A stretch of 64,000 nt of DNA from Deinococcus sp. (GTDB lineage Bacteria > Deinococcota > Deinococci > Deinococcales > Deinococcaceae). A model generated the notes under the pieces. It saw only the letters and a list, made by a program, of their open reading frames with translations, was not told the origin of the DNA and ran no database searches. Of the stretch, positions 1-12,204 are shown in pieces. The stretch is taken from assembly GCA_965261005.1 (NCBI GenBank), contig OZ253376.1:192001-256000 (forward strand), in the 5' to 3' direction. The translations under genes and the position numbers were made by a program. How positions within the stretch are numbered: position 1 is the stretch's first letter; each line of letters opens with the position of its first letter.

Positions 1-481
1 CGATGGCGATGGCGAGGGTCAAATTCCAAAAGCCGCCGCCCAAAAAAGCCAGCAAGGCGATGGCGAGCAGAATGGCCGGAAAGGCCAGCAGCACGTCGGT
101 CAGCCGCATGATCAGGGTGTCGGCCCAGCCCAGGGTGAAGCCGCCTATGGCCCCCGGCACCCCGCCCAGCAGCAGCGCAAAGGCGACCGACAGCGCCGAC
201 ACGGAGAGCGACACCCGCGCGCCGAAGACCACCCGCGAAAAGGTGTCGCGGCCATACAAATCGGTGCCGAGCAGGTGCGACAGTTCCGGCCCCTGCATGC
301 GGTCGAGCGGCTTGTAGGCGACGGGGTCATAGGGGGCGACATACGGGGCGAACACGGCAGAGAGCACCACCGCCAGCACCAGCACCAGGCCGATCACGGC
401 GCCCGGCGAGCGGAAAAAGAGCCGCAGCGATCTCCTGACCGGGCTGGCCGGCAAAGGGCTGGCTGGCAAGCTGGCGCTCAC
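1..481 (-). CDS. Peptide/nickel ABC transporter permease (DppC/OppC family), runs off window start
   Basis: Manual translation from GTG at 481: MSASLPASP...HLLGTDLYGRDTFSRVVFGARVSL...IMRLTDVLLAFP. GTGA overlap with the upstream permease stop. Not in the ORF track. Confidence 0.9.
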   Translation of the reverse strand, partial: MSASLPASPLPASPVRRSLRLFFRSPGAVIGLVLVLAVVLSAVFAPYVAPYDPVAYKPLDRMQGPELSHLLGTDLYGRDTFSRVVFGARVSLSVSALSVAFALLLGGVPGAIGGFTLGWADTLIMRLTDVLLAFPAILLAIALLAFLGGGFWNLTLAIAI

Positions 482-1431
482 GCGTAGACCACCCGGCGGT
501 CAATGAGGGCGTACAGCACGTCCACCAGCACATTGACCAGCACAAAGCTCGCGGCGATCCACAGCACCGCCCCCTGCACCACCGGATAGTCGCGCAGCGT
601 GATCCCCTCCAGCGCAAAGCGCCCGATGCCCGGCAAGCCGAAAATCTGCTCGATGATGACCGCGCCGCCCAGCAGGTTGCCGATCTGCAACCCGACCACC
701 GTCACCACCGGAATCAGGGCGTTGCGCATGGCGTGGCGGTACACCACCGACCGCTCGCGCGCCCCCTTGGCGCGGGCGGTGCGCACGTAGTCCTGGGCCA
801 GCACCTCCAGCAAGCTGGAGCGCACGATGCGCGTCACCGCCGCCGCCAGGCTGAAGCTGAGGGCGAGCGAGGGCAGGAACAGGTGCCACAAGTTGCCCAG
901 CGGGTTCTGCGTGAGGGGGACGTAGCCGTTGGAGGGAAACAGCCGCAGCCGCAGCGCAAACAGCAGGATGAACAGAATCGCCAGCCAAAACTCCGGCGCG
1001 GCCAGGCCCAGCAGCACGAAGGCGCTGGACAGGAAGTCGGCCAGGCCGCCACGCCGCAGGGCCGCCGTCACGCCCAGCGGCACGGCGGCCAGCAGCGCCA
1101 GGATCAGCGCCAGGAGGGCCAGCTCGAAGGTGACGGGAAAGCGCAGCAGCAGGTCTCCGAACACCGAGCGCCCGGTGCGCAGCGACACGCCCAGGTCGCC
1201 GTGCAAGAGCGCGCCGAACCACTGCCCGAACTGCACCGGCAGCGGCTGGTCGAGGCCGAACAGCCGCCGCATCTCGGCCTGCTGCGCCGCCGAGACGTTG
1301 CCCTCCAGCCCGATCAGGTTGGTCACCACGTCCCCCGGCACCAAGCGGATCAGCAAAAAGACCAGCACCACCACGCCCAGGGCCGCCAGCAGGGCCAGCA
1401 AGAGGCGGCGGGTCAGCCAGCCCAAACTCAA
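478..1431 (-). CDS. Peptide/nickel ABC transporter permease (DppB/OppB family)
   Basis: PGD motif, DYVRTARAKG EAA loop, RDYPVVQG. Likely TTG start at 1431 overlapping the cupin stop. Confidence 0.92.
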   Translation of the reverse strand: MSLGWLTRRLLLALLAALGVVVLVFLLIRLVPGDVVTNLIGLEGNVSAAQQAEMRRLFGLDQPLPVQFGQWFGALLHGDLGVSLRTGRSVFGDLLLRFPVTFELALLALILALLAAVPLGVTAALRRGGLADFLSSAFVLLGLAAPEFWLAILFILLFALRLRLFPSNGYVPLTQNPLGNLWHLFLPSLALSFSLAAAVTRIVRSSLLEVLAQDYVRTARAKGARERSVVYRHAMRNALIPVVTVVGLQIGNLLGGAVIIEQIFGLPGIGRFALEGITLRDYPVVQGAVLWIAASFVLVNVLVDVLYALIDRRVVYA

Positions 1432-1715
1432 CGCGGCTCCAACAGGACGTAGCACAAGGTCACGTCCTCGACCACCTCGGCCCAGTGCGCCTCGCCGGCC
1501 GGGATCAGCGTCACGTCGCCCGCGCGCAGGGTGAAGCGCTCCCCCCCTGACTCGGCGCGCAGCACGCCCGAGAGGATAAAGGAGATCTCGTCCTGGTCAT
1601 GTACCGAGCTGCCGCTTTCAGGCAAGCGGGCGCCCGCCGCAAAGGAGAGCGCGCCCACGCTGGCGGGCAAATCTTTAAAGGTCTGGGCTGATGAACCGCC
1701 GCGCAGCTTTTCCAT
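1428..1715 (-). CDS. Cupin domain protein
   Basis: HDQDEISFILSG...GDVTLIPAGEAH cupin motifs; GAGGAG RBS before ATG 1715. Confidence 0.85.
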   Translation of the reverse strand: MEKLRGGSSAQTFKDLPASVGALSFAAGARLPESGSSVHDQDEISFILSGVLRAESGGERFTLRAGDVTLIPAGEAHWAEVVEDVTLCYVLLEPR

Positions 1716-1897
1716 TCTGCTCCTCGCAAGGGTGTCACAGGAAATTAGGGCGCCCTTACCATAACGCCCCGCGGCTCCACCCGGGCAAGGCCGCCGGGGT
1801 TGCCCCCTCGCCCCGCGGGGCATAAGCTGACCGGGCACTTTTCGGCCCATCGCCCCATTCGCCCAAAACCACACTCACCCAAAACAGGAGACCCACC

Positions 1898-2815
1898 ATG
1901 AGAACCATCAAACTCGGCGCCAGCGACCTCGACGTGCCGGTGATCGCCGTTGGCTGCATGCGCATCGACGCCCTGGAGGGGGCGGAGGCGGAGCGCTTCG
2001 TGGGCACGGCGCTCGATCAGGGCGCCAACTTCTTCGACCACGCCGACATCTACGGCAAGGGAAGGTGCGAGGAGATCTTCGCGGACGCGGTGCACATGAG
2101 CGCCAGCGTCCGCGAAAAGTTGATCTTGCAGTCCAAGTGCGGCATCCGGCCGGGCATGTTCGACTTTTCCAAGGAACACATCCTGGCGTCGGTGGACGGC
2201 ATCCTGAAGCGCCTGAGAACCGAGTACCTCGACGTCCTGCTGTTGCACCGCCCGGACGCCCTGGTCGAGCCTGAGGAGGTGGCGGCGGCCTTTGACGAGT
2301 TGGAGCGCTCGGGCAAGGTCCGCCACTTCGGCGTCTCCAACCAGGACCCCCGGCAGATCGATCTGCTCAAAAAGTATGTGAAGCAGCCCATTCTGGCGAA
2401 CCAGTTGCAGCTGAGCATCACCAACGCGACCATGATCACGCGCGGCTTCAACGTGAACATGGAAAACGAGGAGGCGGTGGACCGCGACGGCGGCATTCTG
2501 AATTACTGCCGCCTGCACGACATCACCATTCAGCCTTGGTCCCCGTTTCAGTTCGGCTTTTTCGAGGGGGTGTTCCTGGACAATGACAAGTTCCCGGAAC
2601 TCAACGCCAAAATTGACGAGGTGGCGCGGACGCACGGGGTCAGCAACACCACCATCGCCATCGCTTGGCTGCTGCGCCACCCGGCCCACATGCAGCCGGT
2701 CACCGGCACCACCAACGCCGGGCGCCTGAAGGACTGTTGCGCGGCGGCCGACGTTCAGCTCACGCGCGAGGAGTGGTACGCCATCCTGCTGGCGGCGGGC
2801 AACACGCTGCCCTGA
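1898..2815 (+). CDS. Aldo/keto reductase (YdhF/YcsN-like)
   Basis: FDHADIYG, SKCG, YLDVLLLHRPD, GKVRHFGVSN motifs; AGGAG RBS. Confidence 0.93.
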   Translation: MRTIKLGASDLDVPVIAVGCMRIDALEGAEAERFVGTALDQGANFFDHADIYGKGRCEEIFADAVHMSASVREKLILQSKCGIRPGMFDFSKEHILASVDGILKRLRTEYLDVLLLHRPDALVEPEEVAAAFDELERSGKVRHFGVSNQDPRQIDLLKKYVKQPILANQLQLSITNATMITRGFNVNMENEEAVDRDGGILNYCRLHDITIQPWSPFQFGFFEGVFLDNDKFPELNAKIDEVARTHGVSNTTIAIAWLLRHPAHMQPVTGTTNAGRLKDCCAAADVQLTREEWYAILLAAGNTLP

Positions 2816-2827
2816 GCAAAATCTGTC

Positions 2828-3859
2828 TTAACCCCCCGCCCACTCTAGGAGCACGCCCATGCTGCTTTCCCGCCGGGTCCGCAGGGTGTCATACGCCTCG
2901 GCGGCGCGCGCCGCCGGGAAGCGCTGGGTGTTGAGGTGCGAGACCTTCATGTCGCCGCGCTCCAGATACCGGAAGAACAGGTCGGTCATGCGCGCCTCGT
3001 CCCACTCGGCGTGGTCGCTCCCCACGCGGGGCGGGTTGCCGTCGTGCGCGCCGATGATCCTGAGCCCGCGCGTCACCACGTCCCCGGTCAGGCGCTGCTC
3101 GGACGGGTCGCCGGCGTCTCCCAGCAGCAGCAGCTTCCCGAAGCGCCGCACCAAGGGCAGCGCCTCTGCCAAGACGCCCGCCGCCCCGGTCACGTCGTAG
3201 ATGGTGTGCGCGCCCTGGCCCCCCGTCAGGCCGCGCACCGCTTCCCGCGCGCCCCCCACCGGCAGCTGAAGCGTCTCGGTCGCGCCGCCCTGCCGGGCGA
3301 GGTCCAAACGAAAGGCGGAGGTGTCCACGGCGATCACGTCGCGCGCCCCCTGGAGGCGCAGGTACTGGGTGACCAGCTGCCCCAGCATGCCCAGGCCGAT
3401 CACGACCACGCTTTCCCCCAAGGCGTGCTCGGCGCGCCGGACGCCGTTTTGCACGATTTTGGAGATGCCGAACCACGCCGCCGCGTCCGGCGATACGTCC
3501 TCGGGAACGCGGTACACGGCGCGGGCGTCGAGCTGCGCGACCGCCTGATGGGGCGCGCGCGCCGCCACCCGGTCCCCGATTCGCACCCGCGTCACATCCC
3601 GCCCGACCTCGCTCACGCGGCCGACCAAGCTGTAGCCGCTGGGAAAGGGATACTGCACCCAGCTGTCCCAGTGCGTGCCGGGGGCGAACAGCCGGTCGAG
3701 GGCGATCATCTCGGTGCCCGCGCTGATCAGGGTCAGCTCGGTCCGGACGCGCACCTCGCCCTCGCCGAGGGGGCCAAGCGGACGCTCTTGTAGCTCCACC
3801 TGGCCCTTGCCGGTGAAGACGACGCTCTGGGTGTGGGTGGACATGGGGGTCGCGGTCAT
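2828..3859 (-). CDS. Zinc-binding alcohol dehydrogenase (MDR) family oxidoreductase
   Basis: ISAGTE, GYS..G, VIGLGMLG Rossmann motif. Confidence 0.88.
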   Translation of the reverse strand: MTATPMSTHTQSVVFTGKGQVELQERPLGPLGEGEVRVRTELTLISAGTEMIALDRLFAPGTHWDSWVQYPFPSGYSLVGRVSEVGRDVTRVRIGDRVAARAPHQAVAQLDARAVYRVPEDVSPDAAAWFGISKIVQNGVRRAEHALGESVVVIGLGMLGQLVTQYLRLQGARDVIAVDTSAFRLDLARQGGATETLQLPVGGAREAVRGLTGGQGAHTIYDVTGAAGVLAEALPLVRRFGKLLLLGDAGDPSEQRLTGDVVTRGLRIIGAHDGNPPRVGSDHAEWDEARMTDLFFRYLERGDMKVSHLNTQRFPAARAAEAYDTLRTRRESSMGVLLEWAGG

Positions 3860-4644
3860 ACAAGCCTCCGGGCAGACGAGACCCGCTCCGCCAAAGCGAG
3901 CGTTGGCCTGAGGGCCGCCCCGCTGTCGCCGGTTGGGGTGAATTCCAAACCGACGAGTCCTGCGTAGCCTTGGTTCTCCAGCCAGGTCAGGTGCGTCTCC
4001 AGCGGCGCCCCCCCGCTGCCCGGCTCGTGGCGGCCCGGATGGTCGGCCAGGTGGACGTGGCCGATCAAGTCAACCTGGCCGCGCAGCACCTCGCGCGGGT
4101 CCTCGTCCATCACCAGGGAGTGGTACAAGTCGTAGAGCAGCTTGACGGCCGGGGAGGCGACCTCCTCGATCAGCTTCACCCCCTCGGCGGTGCTCTCCAG
4201 GAAATACCCGGGATGGTCCACGCGGGTGTTCAGTGGCTCTAGGTTGAGCGTGACGCCCGCGTCCTCGGCGATGGGGGCGGTGGCCTTGAGGGCGCCCAGC
4301 AGCGCCGCGCGCTGGACCTCGCGCGGCACGCCGTCCAGGGTATTCCCGGACTGGAGGATCAGGTGGCGCGTCCCGAAGCGCTGGGCCACCGAAAGGCTTT
4401 CGCGCAGCCCCCCTAAGAAGGCGGCGTGGGTCGCCGGGTCCACCAAGCGGCCCACCGGCTCGCTCACAAAGGAGACCAACCGGGCGCCGCTTTCCCCGAG
4501 GGCGCGCTCTATGGCGTTCAGATCCTTGTCGCGCCAGCCCCACATCTCGACGTTCGGCAAGCCGAACTCGGCGCTCCTCACGACACGCCGCGCGAAGTCG
4601 CGCTCCTCGCGGAAGATCATTTCCAGGCAGACGGACAGCTTCAT
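3856..4644 (-). CDS. Hydroxypyruvate isomerase / xylose-isomerase-like TIM barrel protein
   Basis: MKLSVCLEM start; LEPLNTRVDHPGY, LLYDLYH, HVHLADHPGRHEPGSG motifs. Confidence 0.88.
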   Translation of the reverse strand: MKLSVCLEMIFREERDFARRVVRSAEFGLPNVEMWGWRDKDLNAIERALGESGARLVSFVSEPVGRLVDPATHAAFLGGLRESLSVAQRFGTRHLILQSGNTLDGVPREVQRAALLGALKATAPIAEDAGVTLNLEPLNTRVDHPGYFLESTAEGVKLIEEVASPAVKLLYDLYHSLVMDEDPREVLRGQVDLIGHVHLADHPGRHEPGSGGAPLETHLTWLENQGYAGLVGLEFTPTGDSGAALRPTLALAERVSSARRLV

Positions 4645-5045
4645 CAGGCTCCTTGGGGGGATGACGCGCGCTCCCCAAAGGCGGCGCGCGAGCGCTTGAT
4701 GGCCTCGCGGTGCCGCTCGGCCCAGTGCCAGACGCCGCAGAACGCCTCGCTCAAGTCCCGGCCCAGGTCGGTCAGCTCGTACTCCACCTTGGGCGGAATC
4801 ACCGGAAAGACCGTGCGCGCCACCAAGCCGTCGGCCTCCATTTGGCGCAGCGTCTTGGTCAGCATCTTCTGGCTGATGTCCCCGACCAGTTCGCCGAGCC
4901 GGGTGAAGCGCAGCCGGCCGCGCTCCTCCAGCGTCTCCAGAATCAGCATGGTCCACTTGTCGGCCACCCGCCCGATGATCTCGCGCACGAGGGCGTCCAA
5001 CTCGGGGTCGCTCTGCTGAGCCGTTTCCGGGTAAATCGTGGTCAT
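4644..5045 (-). CDS. HxlR-family winged-helix regulator
   Basis: ADKWTMLIL...ISQKMLTKTLRQME...PPKVEYELT; divergent from an SDR gene. Confidence 0.9.
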   Translation of the reverse strand: MTTIYPETAQQSDPELDALVREIIGRVADKWTMLILETLEERGRLRFTRLGELVGDISQKMLTKTLRQMEADGLVARTVFPVIPPKVEYELTDLGRDLSEAFCGVWHWAERHREAIKRSRAAFGERASSPQGA

Positions 5046-5138
5046 CAGGTCACTCTCCTCTTGGTAAGTATGGCGCCTTTGGGTGCCTTCTTCCCTTTGG
5101 TTCGTATCCAGCATACACTCCAAAGCAGGAGGCACACC

Positions 5139-5885
5139 ATGCAAATGACCGGCAACACCATCCTGATCACCGGCGGCAACTCCGGCATCGGCCGCGCCCT
5201 CGCGGAGGCGTTTCACGCGGAAGGCAACCAAGTCATCATCACCGGACGCCGTAGGGAGACCCTCGGTGAGACCACGGCGGCCAACCCGGGCATGACGTCC
5301 TATGTCCTCGACGTCGAGGATCCGGAAGCGATTCGCCGCTTCGCGGACCAAGTCAAGGCGGACTTCCCAGGGCTGAACGTTCTGATCAACAACGCGGGCA
5401 TTATGCGGCCGGAGGACGTTCGGGAGGGTGAACTTGAGGACGCGGAGGCGACCGTGGCGACCAACCTGCTCGGGCCGATTCGCTTGACGGCGGCGCTGCT
5501 GCCGCTGCTCGAAAAGCAGCCGCGTGGGGCCGTCATGACCGTCACGTCCGGCCTCGCCTTTGTGCCCAGGGCCGGCACCCCAACCTACAGCGCGACCAAG
5601 GCCGCCATCCATTCCTACACCGAGTCGCTGCGCTATCAGCTCCGGAACACGGCCGTGCAGGTGATCGAGCTGGTCCCGCCCTACACCCGAACCGGGTTGA
5701 CTGGCGAGCATCAGGTGAGCGACCCCAACGCCATGCCCCTCGACGAGTACATCTCCGAGACCATGCAGCTGCTCAGAACCCAGCCGGACGCCCCCGAGAT
5801 TCTGGTGGAGCGGGTGAAGAGGCAGCGCCTCGCCGAGGCGCGCGGGGACTACGGCGCCGTGTTTGCGGGGACCAATCCGGCGTAA
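5139..5885 (+). CDS. Short-chain dehydrogenase/reductase (DltE-like)
   Basis: TGGNSGIG, NNAG, YSATK motifs; AGGAGG RBS. Confidence 0.92.
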   Translation: MQMTGNTILITGGNSGIGRALAEAFHAEGNQVIITGRRRETLGETTAANPGMTSYVLDVEDPEAIRRFADQVKADFPGLNVLINNAGIMRPEDVREGELEDAEATVATNLLGPIRLTAALLPLLEKQPRGAVMTVTSGLAFVPRAGTPTYSATKAAIHSYTESLRYQLRNTAVQVIELVPPYTRTGLTGEHQVSDPNAMPLDEYISETMQLLRTQPDAPEILVERVKRQRLAEARGDYGAVFAGTNPA

Positions 5886-5985
5886 AGGGGCGTTATCTAA
5901 GAAGAAGCCTTGTTTAAAGCTAAAAAGGAGCTTGGCACAAAGCTGAAGCACAAAACCGTTCTGATCACCGGGGAAGCGGCGGCCT

Positions 5986-6130
5986 CAGTACCCGACAGGA
6001 AGCATTGAAGGCCGTGTAGGAGGGGCAAAGGAAGAGTCGGAGCAAACTGACGGAAGGCCAAGAGCATCTTTCTGACAGGCCTTGATCTGCTCGTGGACGC
6101 TCTCAAGTGGAACGCCCAGCACGCTCGATT
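5986..6130 (-). mobile_element. Probable IS4-family end remnant
   Basis: CAGTACCCGACA resembles the CAGTACCGGACA TIR at 41324; minus frame ends ...FLSGTE like IS4 transposase C-termini. Confidence 0.45.
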
Positions 6131-6174
6131 CTTCCTGGTGCTGCCTTATCCTTACCCTTCAGCACCACCCATCC

Positions 6175-6903
6175 CTACCTGTCGGGCACTGGGGGCGTCG
6201 TCGCCCCGTTCCCCACAGGAGCCAGATAGAGATGGAGGAGGTGCTTGACCGTAAGCGCATCTGGAGCTGCCTGCGCACTGAGTGCATCGTACCGCTGCCA
6301 GACCGTCCACAACTCCTGTTGCAGCGCCTTGGCCTGTTCGCGGGTGAGGTGCAGGCCTTGTCCGGTGTACCACGTGGCCGGGGCGTCCTGCGCCAGCATG
6401 GCCGTCATCTGCCAATCGAGCTGACCCTGGGGCGCGGCGTCCACTGTCCAGCCGCCATCATCCCGGTGGATTCGCACCATCCACCCGCCCTGTTCACCAC
6501 GCATGGAGGTCACCAGCGCTCGGGCGAACCGCTGGTGCGGCTCAGCGTTGTACCGCACCATCAGGTCCACCAGCGTCTCGAAACGGGTTGTCTCGAACGG
6601 AATCACAAAACGGTCCTCTACCGCTCGGTACACCTTGCGGCTACGCGGGCTGAGACCCTCTTCGCGCCTAATGAGGCCCACAGCCAGCAAACGCTCAACG
6701 CGGTACATCATGGTGTCGATCCGTGCGCCGAGACCCTTGGCGGCCTGACCCACGGTACAGCTGCGGCCCAGAAACGGGGTCAGGACTTCCATTGCCTGCG
6801 GATCCGCCAGGACAGACGCGGTCTCCAGTGTGTCCACCAGGCCCCAGCGACGTCCGGTCTTACTTGAAACAAGCTGTTTCATTTCAAGTTCATGGTATGT
6901 CAC
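6175..6903 (-). CDS. ArsR-like helix-turn-helix protein
   Basis: LADP..MEVL.PFL...TVGQAA..LG...MYRVERL..GLI HTH pattern; divergent from the protease. Confidence 0.75.
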   Translation of the reverse strand: MTYHELEMKQLVSSKTGRRWGLVDTLETASVLADPQAMEVLTPFLGRSCTVGQAAKGLGARIDTMMYRVERLLAVGLIRREEGLSPRSRKVYRAVEDRFVIPFETTRFETLVDLMVRYNAEPHQRFARALVTSMRGEQGGWMVRIHRDDGGWTVDAAPQGQLDWQMTAMLAQDAPATWYTGQGLHLTREQAKALQQELWTVWQRYDALSAQAAPDALTVKHLLHLYLAPVGNGATTPPVPDR

Positions 6904-7014
6904 TCTGGTCGCGAACCGAATCCAGATGGCTTGAGCAAGTCATCACAGAGCGCGGCAACAGGATGGGTGTTGCCACGCTGGGAAGAATCGGTCGTCTCTC
7001 TCCTGGGGGTTCAG

Positions 7015-8793
7015 ATGTTGGATGTTCGAAAGTCGTTGGCCGCGCTCACCACCGCCGTGCTCTTGGCCGCTTGTGGACAGCAAGCTGGTTTGCCCTCCGG
7101 CTCAGACGCGGCCCAGGCGAGCTTGAATGCCGGTGCACAGCGCCTCCTACCCCCCCCTTGTGAGCAGACAAGTGGCAGCCTGGAGTGTGGCGACCCCACG
7201 CCGCCCGCACCCCCGACTGATGCTGGTGAAGACGCGGTGATTCCGGGCCAGTACATTGTGGTGCTGAAGGAAGCTGTGCCAGCGTCATCGGTGACAGCGC
7301 TATCCATTGCTCCTCAAGACCCTGTCGATGCCCTGGCGCAGCAGTTGATCGCCAAGGTCGGCGGCCAACTGCTACAAAGCTTCAGCGGGGTCAGGATGTT
7401 CTCTGCCACCCTTTCCGACGCGGCGGTGGTGGCGCTTCAAAGTGAGCCGTCCGTAGCGTATGTCCAAGCCAACCGGGTGGTGAATCTGGAGCCGCCGGCA
7501 GTGGACGTAGACGATCAAACCGCACCGACCAACACCGTGAAGGCAACTGCCGTTCAATTCCTCCCGCCGTCGTGGGGACTTGACCGCATCGACCAGCGGC
7601 TTCGGCCTTACGACAACCAGTACAACTACACCACCACCGCACCGAACGTCAACGTGTACGTGGTAGATACCGGTATCCGCGCCACACACCAGGATTTTGG
7701 TGGCCGGGTCTCGCTGGATTTTACCGCCATTAACGATGGCTATGGGGCGAGTGACTGCCTTGGCCACGGCACCCATGTGGCGGGCACCATCGGTGGGAGC
7801 ACCTACGGCGTGGCGAAAGGCGTTCAGTTGCACAGCGTCCGGGTACTGTCATGCTTCGGTAATGGTTCAGACGCGTCGGTTATTGCGGGCTTCAATTTTG
7901 TCACCCTGCACCGTCAGTTGCCCGCAGTGGCCAATGCTTCCCTCGGTGGGTCCAATGCTCGCGGCCAGCATCAGGTGATCGCGGACGCAGCGGTTCGCAC
8001 CACACAATCAGGCGTGACGGTGGTGGTCGCCGCAGGAAATGGAAAACCTAATTTCTTGGGCAATAATGTTGGCGCCAATGCCTGTGACTATGTCCCGGCC
8101 AATGCTGGACATCAGACAGCCGTAATCACGGTGGGCGCGACCAACAGCAATGACCGGCGGGCCAGCTTCTCGAACTATGGCGAGTGCGTCTCGCTGTTCG
8201 CCCCTGGGGTGGACATTAACTCGGACTGGAACGGAAGTGACACGGACAGCCGGGGCGATAGCGGGACCTCGATGGCTTCACCGCATGTGGCGGGCGCGGC
8301 GGCCTTGTATCTCCAGGACCACCCCGGAGACAGCGCCGCTCAGGTCAAGAGCGCCCTGCTCGCTCAGGCAAGTTCCGGGTTGATCAGCAAGGTGGGTCAG
8401 AGCAGCCCCAACCTGCTGCTGTACTGGCCCGGTGTCACGACCACTGTACCGTCCTGTGGCGCCTTGGCGTCCGGTCAAAGCCTGCCGGTGAGCACCTCAC
8501 TCTTTTCCTGTAATCACCGGTTTGAGCTGCGTGTGCAGGGTGACGGCAACCTGGTGCTGTACCGCAACGGCACCGAGCCGCTGTGGAGCAACGGCAACAG
8601 CTGGGGCAAGGCGGTGGAACGCTTGACGATGCAGGGTGACGGTAACCTGGTGCTGTACGGCCCCGGCGGCGTGCCCCTGTGGAATACGCCTAACACCTGG
8701 GGACACCTTAACCCTTACCTCGTGCTGCAGGACGACGGCAACCTGATCATGTTCGACCACGGCACGCCCATCTGGGCTACCAACACCCACTGA
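7015..8793 (+). CDS. Lipoprotein S8 subtilase with I9 propeptide and C-terminal bulb-type (B) lectin domain
   Basis: Lipobox LLAAC; triad VVDTG / HGTHVAG / GTSMASPH; motifs QGDGNLVLY (x2) and QDDGNLIMF. Confidence 0.92.
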   Translation: MLDVRKSLAALTTAVLLAACGQQAGLPSGSDAAQASLNAGAQRLLPPPCEQTSGSLECGDPTPPAPPTDAGEDAVIPGQYIVVLKEAVPASSVTALSIAPQDPVDALAQQLIAKVGGQLLQSFSGVRMFSATLSDAAVVALQSEPSVAYVQANRVVNLEPPAVDVDDQTAPTNTVKATAVQFLPPSWGLDRIDQRLRPYDNQYNYTTTAPNVNVYVVDTGIRATHQDFGGRVSLDFTAINDGYGASDCLGHGTHVAGTIGGSTYGVAKGVQLHSVRVLSCFGNGSDASVIAGFNFVTLHRQLPAVANASLGGSNARGQHQVIADAAVRTTQSGVTVVVAAGNGKPNFLGNNVGANACDYVPANAGHQTAVITVGATNSNDRRASFSNYGECVSLFAPGVDINSDWNGSDTDSRGDSGTSMASPHVAGAAALYLQDHPGDSAAQVKSALLAQASSGLISKVGQSSPNLLLYWPGVTTTVPSCGALASGQSLPVSTSLFSCNHRFELRVQGDGNLVLYRNGTEPLWSNGNSWGKAVERLTMQGDGNLVLYGPGGVPLWNTPNTWGHLNPYLVLQDDGNLIMFDHGTPIWATNTH

Positions 8794-8843
8794 TACGGAT
8801 TCCGGAAACTCAGTCAACTTTGTTGACTGAGTTTCGAGCGGAG
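8791..8843 (-). repeat. 3' part of an interspersed palindromic repeat split by IS110
   Basis: TGATACGGATTCCG terminus and AAACTCAGTCAAC/GTTGACTGAGTTT hairpin; joins the 10148-10236 half at a CT core. Confidence 0.85.
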
Positions 8844-9011
8844 CAACGGTGTCTCTTGTCAAGAGGGGACCAACCTCTGAGGAAGTACGCGAGGCGTCTC
8901 CAAGGCCGCCCACAGGCAGCACGAGGTTGGTCACGTTCAGCGTACCGCGCCGCTCGCTGCTGTGCAGCGGGCGTCTCGGTACGCTGAACGCTCCCTTGGA
9001 GAGCGGGCAGC

Positions 9012-11293
<2,282 letters not shown>

Positions 11294-11319
11294 GGGCCTT
11301 CCCTTGCTACAGTGAGTGA

Positions 11320-11365
11320 AACGGAGGTGCCTCCGGCTGTACACCACAGTAACGGAGGTGCCTCC
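11320..11365. promoter_or_regulatory. Tandem palindromic operators, probably for the adjacent TetR
   Basis: AACGGAGGTGCCTCC at 11320-11334 and 11351-11365 (GGAGG-TG-CCTCC). Confidence 0.7.
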
Positions 11366-11409
11366 ACTTATCAAGACCATGCTTATCAAGGCCGCGCAGC
11401 TGAACGCTC

Positions 11410-11547
11410 TCATACAGATTCCGCTTCATTTCGTACAGGCGAGGACAGCACTCGCCTGTACTCCATACCGCGAAACCCGTATGTTGTTCCTACTCGCTCT
11501 GCTCGGAAAATTTCCGTACATTTCGGAAATTTTCGGAGTCAGTATCA
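11410..11547 (+). repeat. Interspersed palindromic repeat copy
   Basis: TCATACAGATTCCG...CCCGTATGTTGTTCCTACTCGCTCTGCTCGG...CGGAGTCAGTATCA with two internal hairpins. Confidence 0.85.
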
Positions 11548-11560
11548 GCGGAGGACAGCG

Positions 11561-12166
11561 ATGAACGAGATACCACCACACCCAGCCGCCTCCGGTCGGC
11601 CCGCGCGGGCCGATGCGCGGCGCAATCGCCAACGGCTGCTCGATGCGGCACTGGACGCCTTTACCCAGCACGGGATTGACGCCTCTCTGGAGGCCATCGC
11701 CCGCAGCGCGGGCGTTGGCGTCGGCACGCTTTACCGGCATTTCCCCACCCGCGAAGCCCTGGCCTTGGCGGCTTATCAGCATGACGTCGAACGGCTGTGT
11801 GAGGCGGCCGATGGGCTGCTGGGGACGCTTCCACCCGACGCCGCGCTCCGTGAATGGCTCGCCCGCTTTTCCGACTACATCATCACCAAACGGGGCATGT
11901 CGGACGTGATCCGGGGCATGTTGACCAACCCAGGGCCGTTCTATACCGAGCTGAACGTTCGCGAGCGAATCCTGTCCGCCGTGAAGACGCTCCTGAGCCG
12001 TGGCACCGCCGCAGGCCTCCTTCGCAAAGACATCGATGCCGAGGTCGTGGTGCTGGCCATGATCGGCGTCTGGTACGCCAGTGCCGGACAGACCACATCG
12101 CGCCAGACCTCCCAACTGCTCGACTTGTTGGTGGATGGCCTGCGCGCGAGAACAGAAGATCGCTGA
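11561..12166 (+). CDS. TetR/AcrR regulator
   Basis: RADARRNR...IARSAGVGVGTLYRHFPTRE. Confidence 0.92.
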   Translation: MNEIPPHPAASGRPARADARRNRQRLLDAALDAFTQHGIDASLEAIARSAGVGVGTLYRHFPTREALALAAYQHDVERLCEAADGLLGTLPPDAALREWLARFSDYIITKRGMSDVIRGMLTNPGPFYTELNVRERILSAVKTLLSRGTAAGLLRKDIDAEVVVLAMIGVWYASAGQTTSRQTSQLLDLLVDGLRARTEDR

Positions 12167-12204
12167 CAGTGGAGCGTCAAGGGGCAGGGGACTAGAATGC
12201 CCCG

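Noticed and set aside
6191..6208. GGGGCG-TCGT-CGCCCC hairpin resembling the micro-insertions
   Set aside because: Only a 6-bp GC stem with no evidence of insertion; likely chance.
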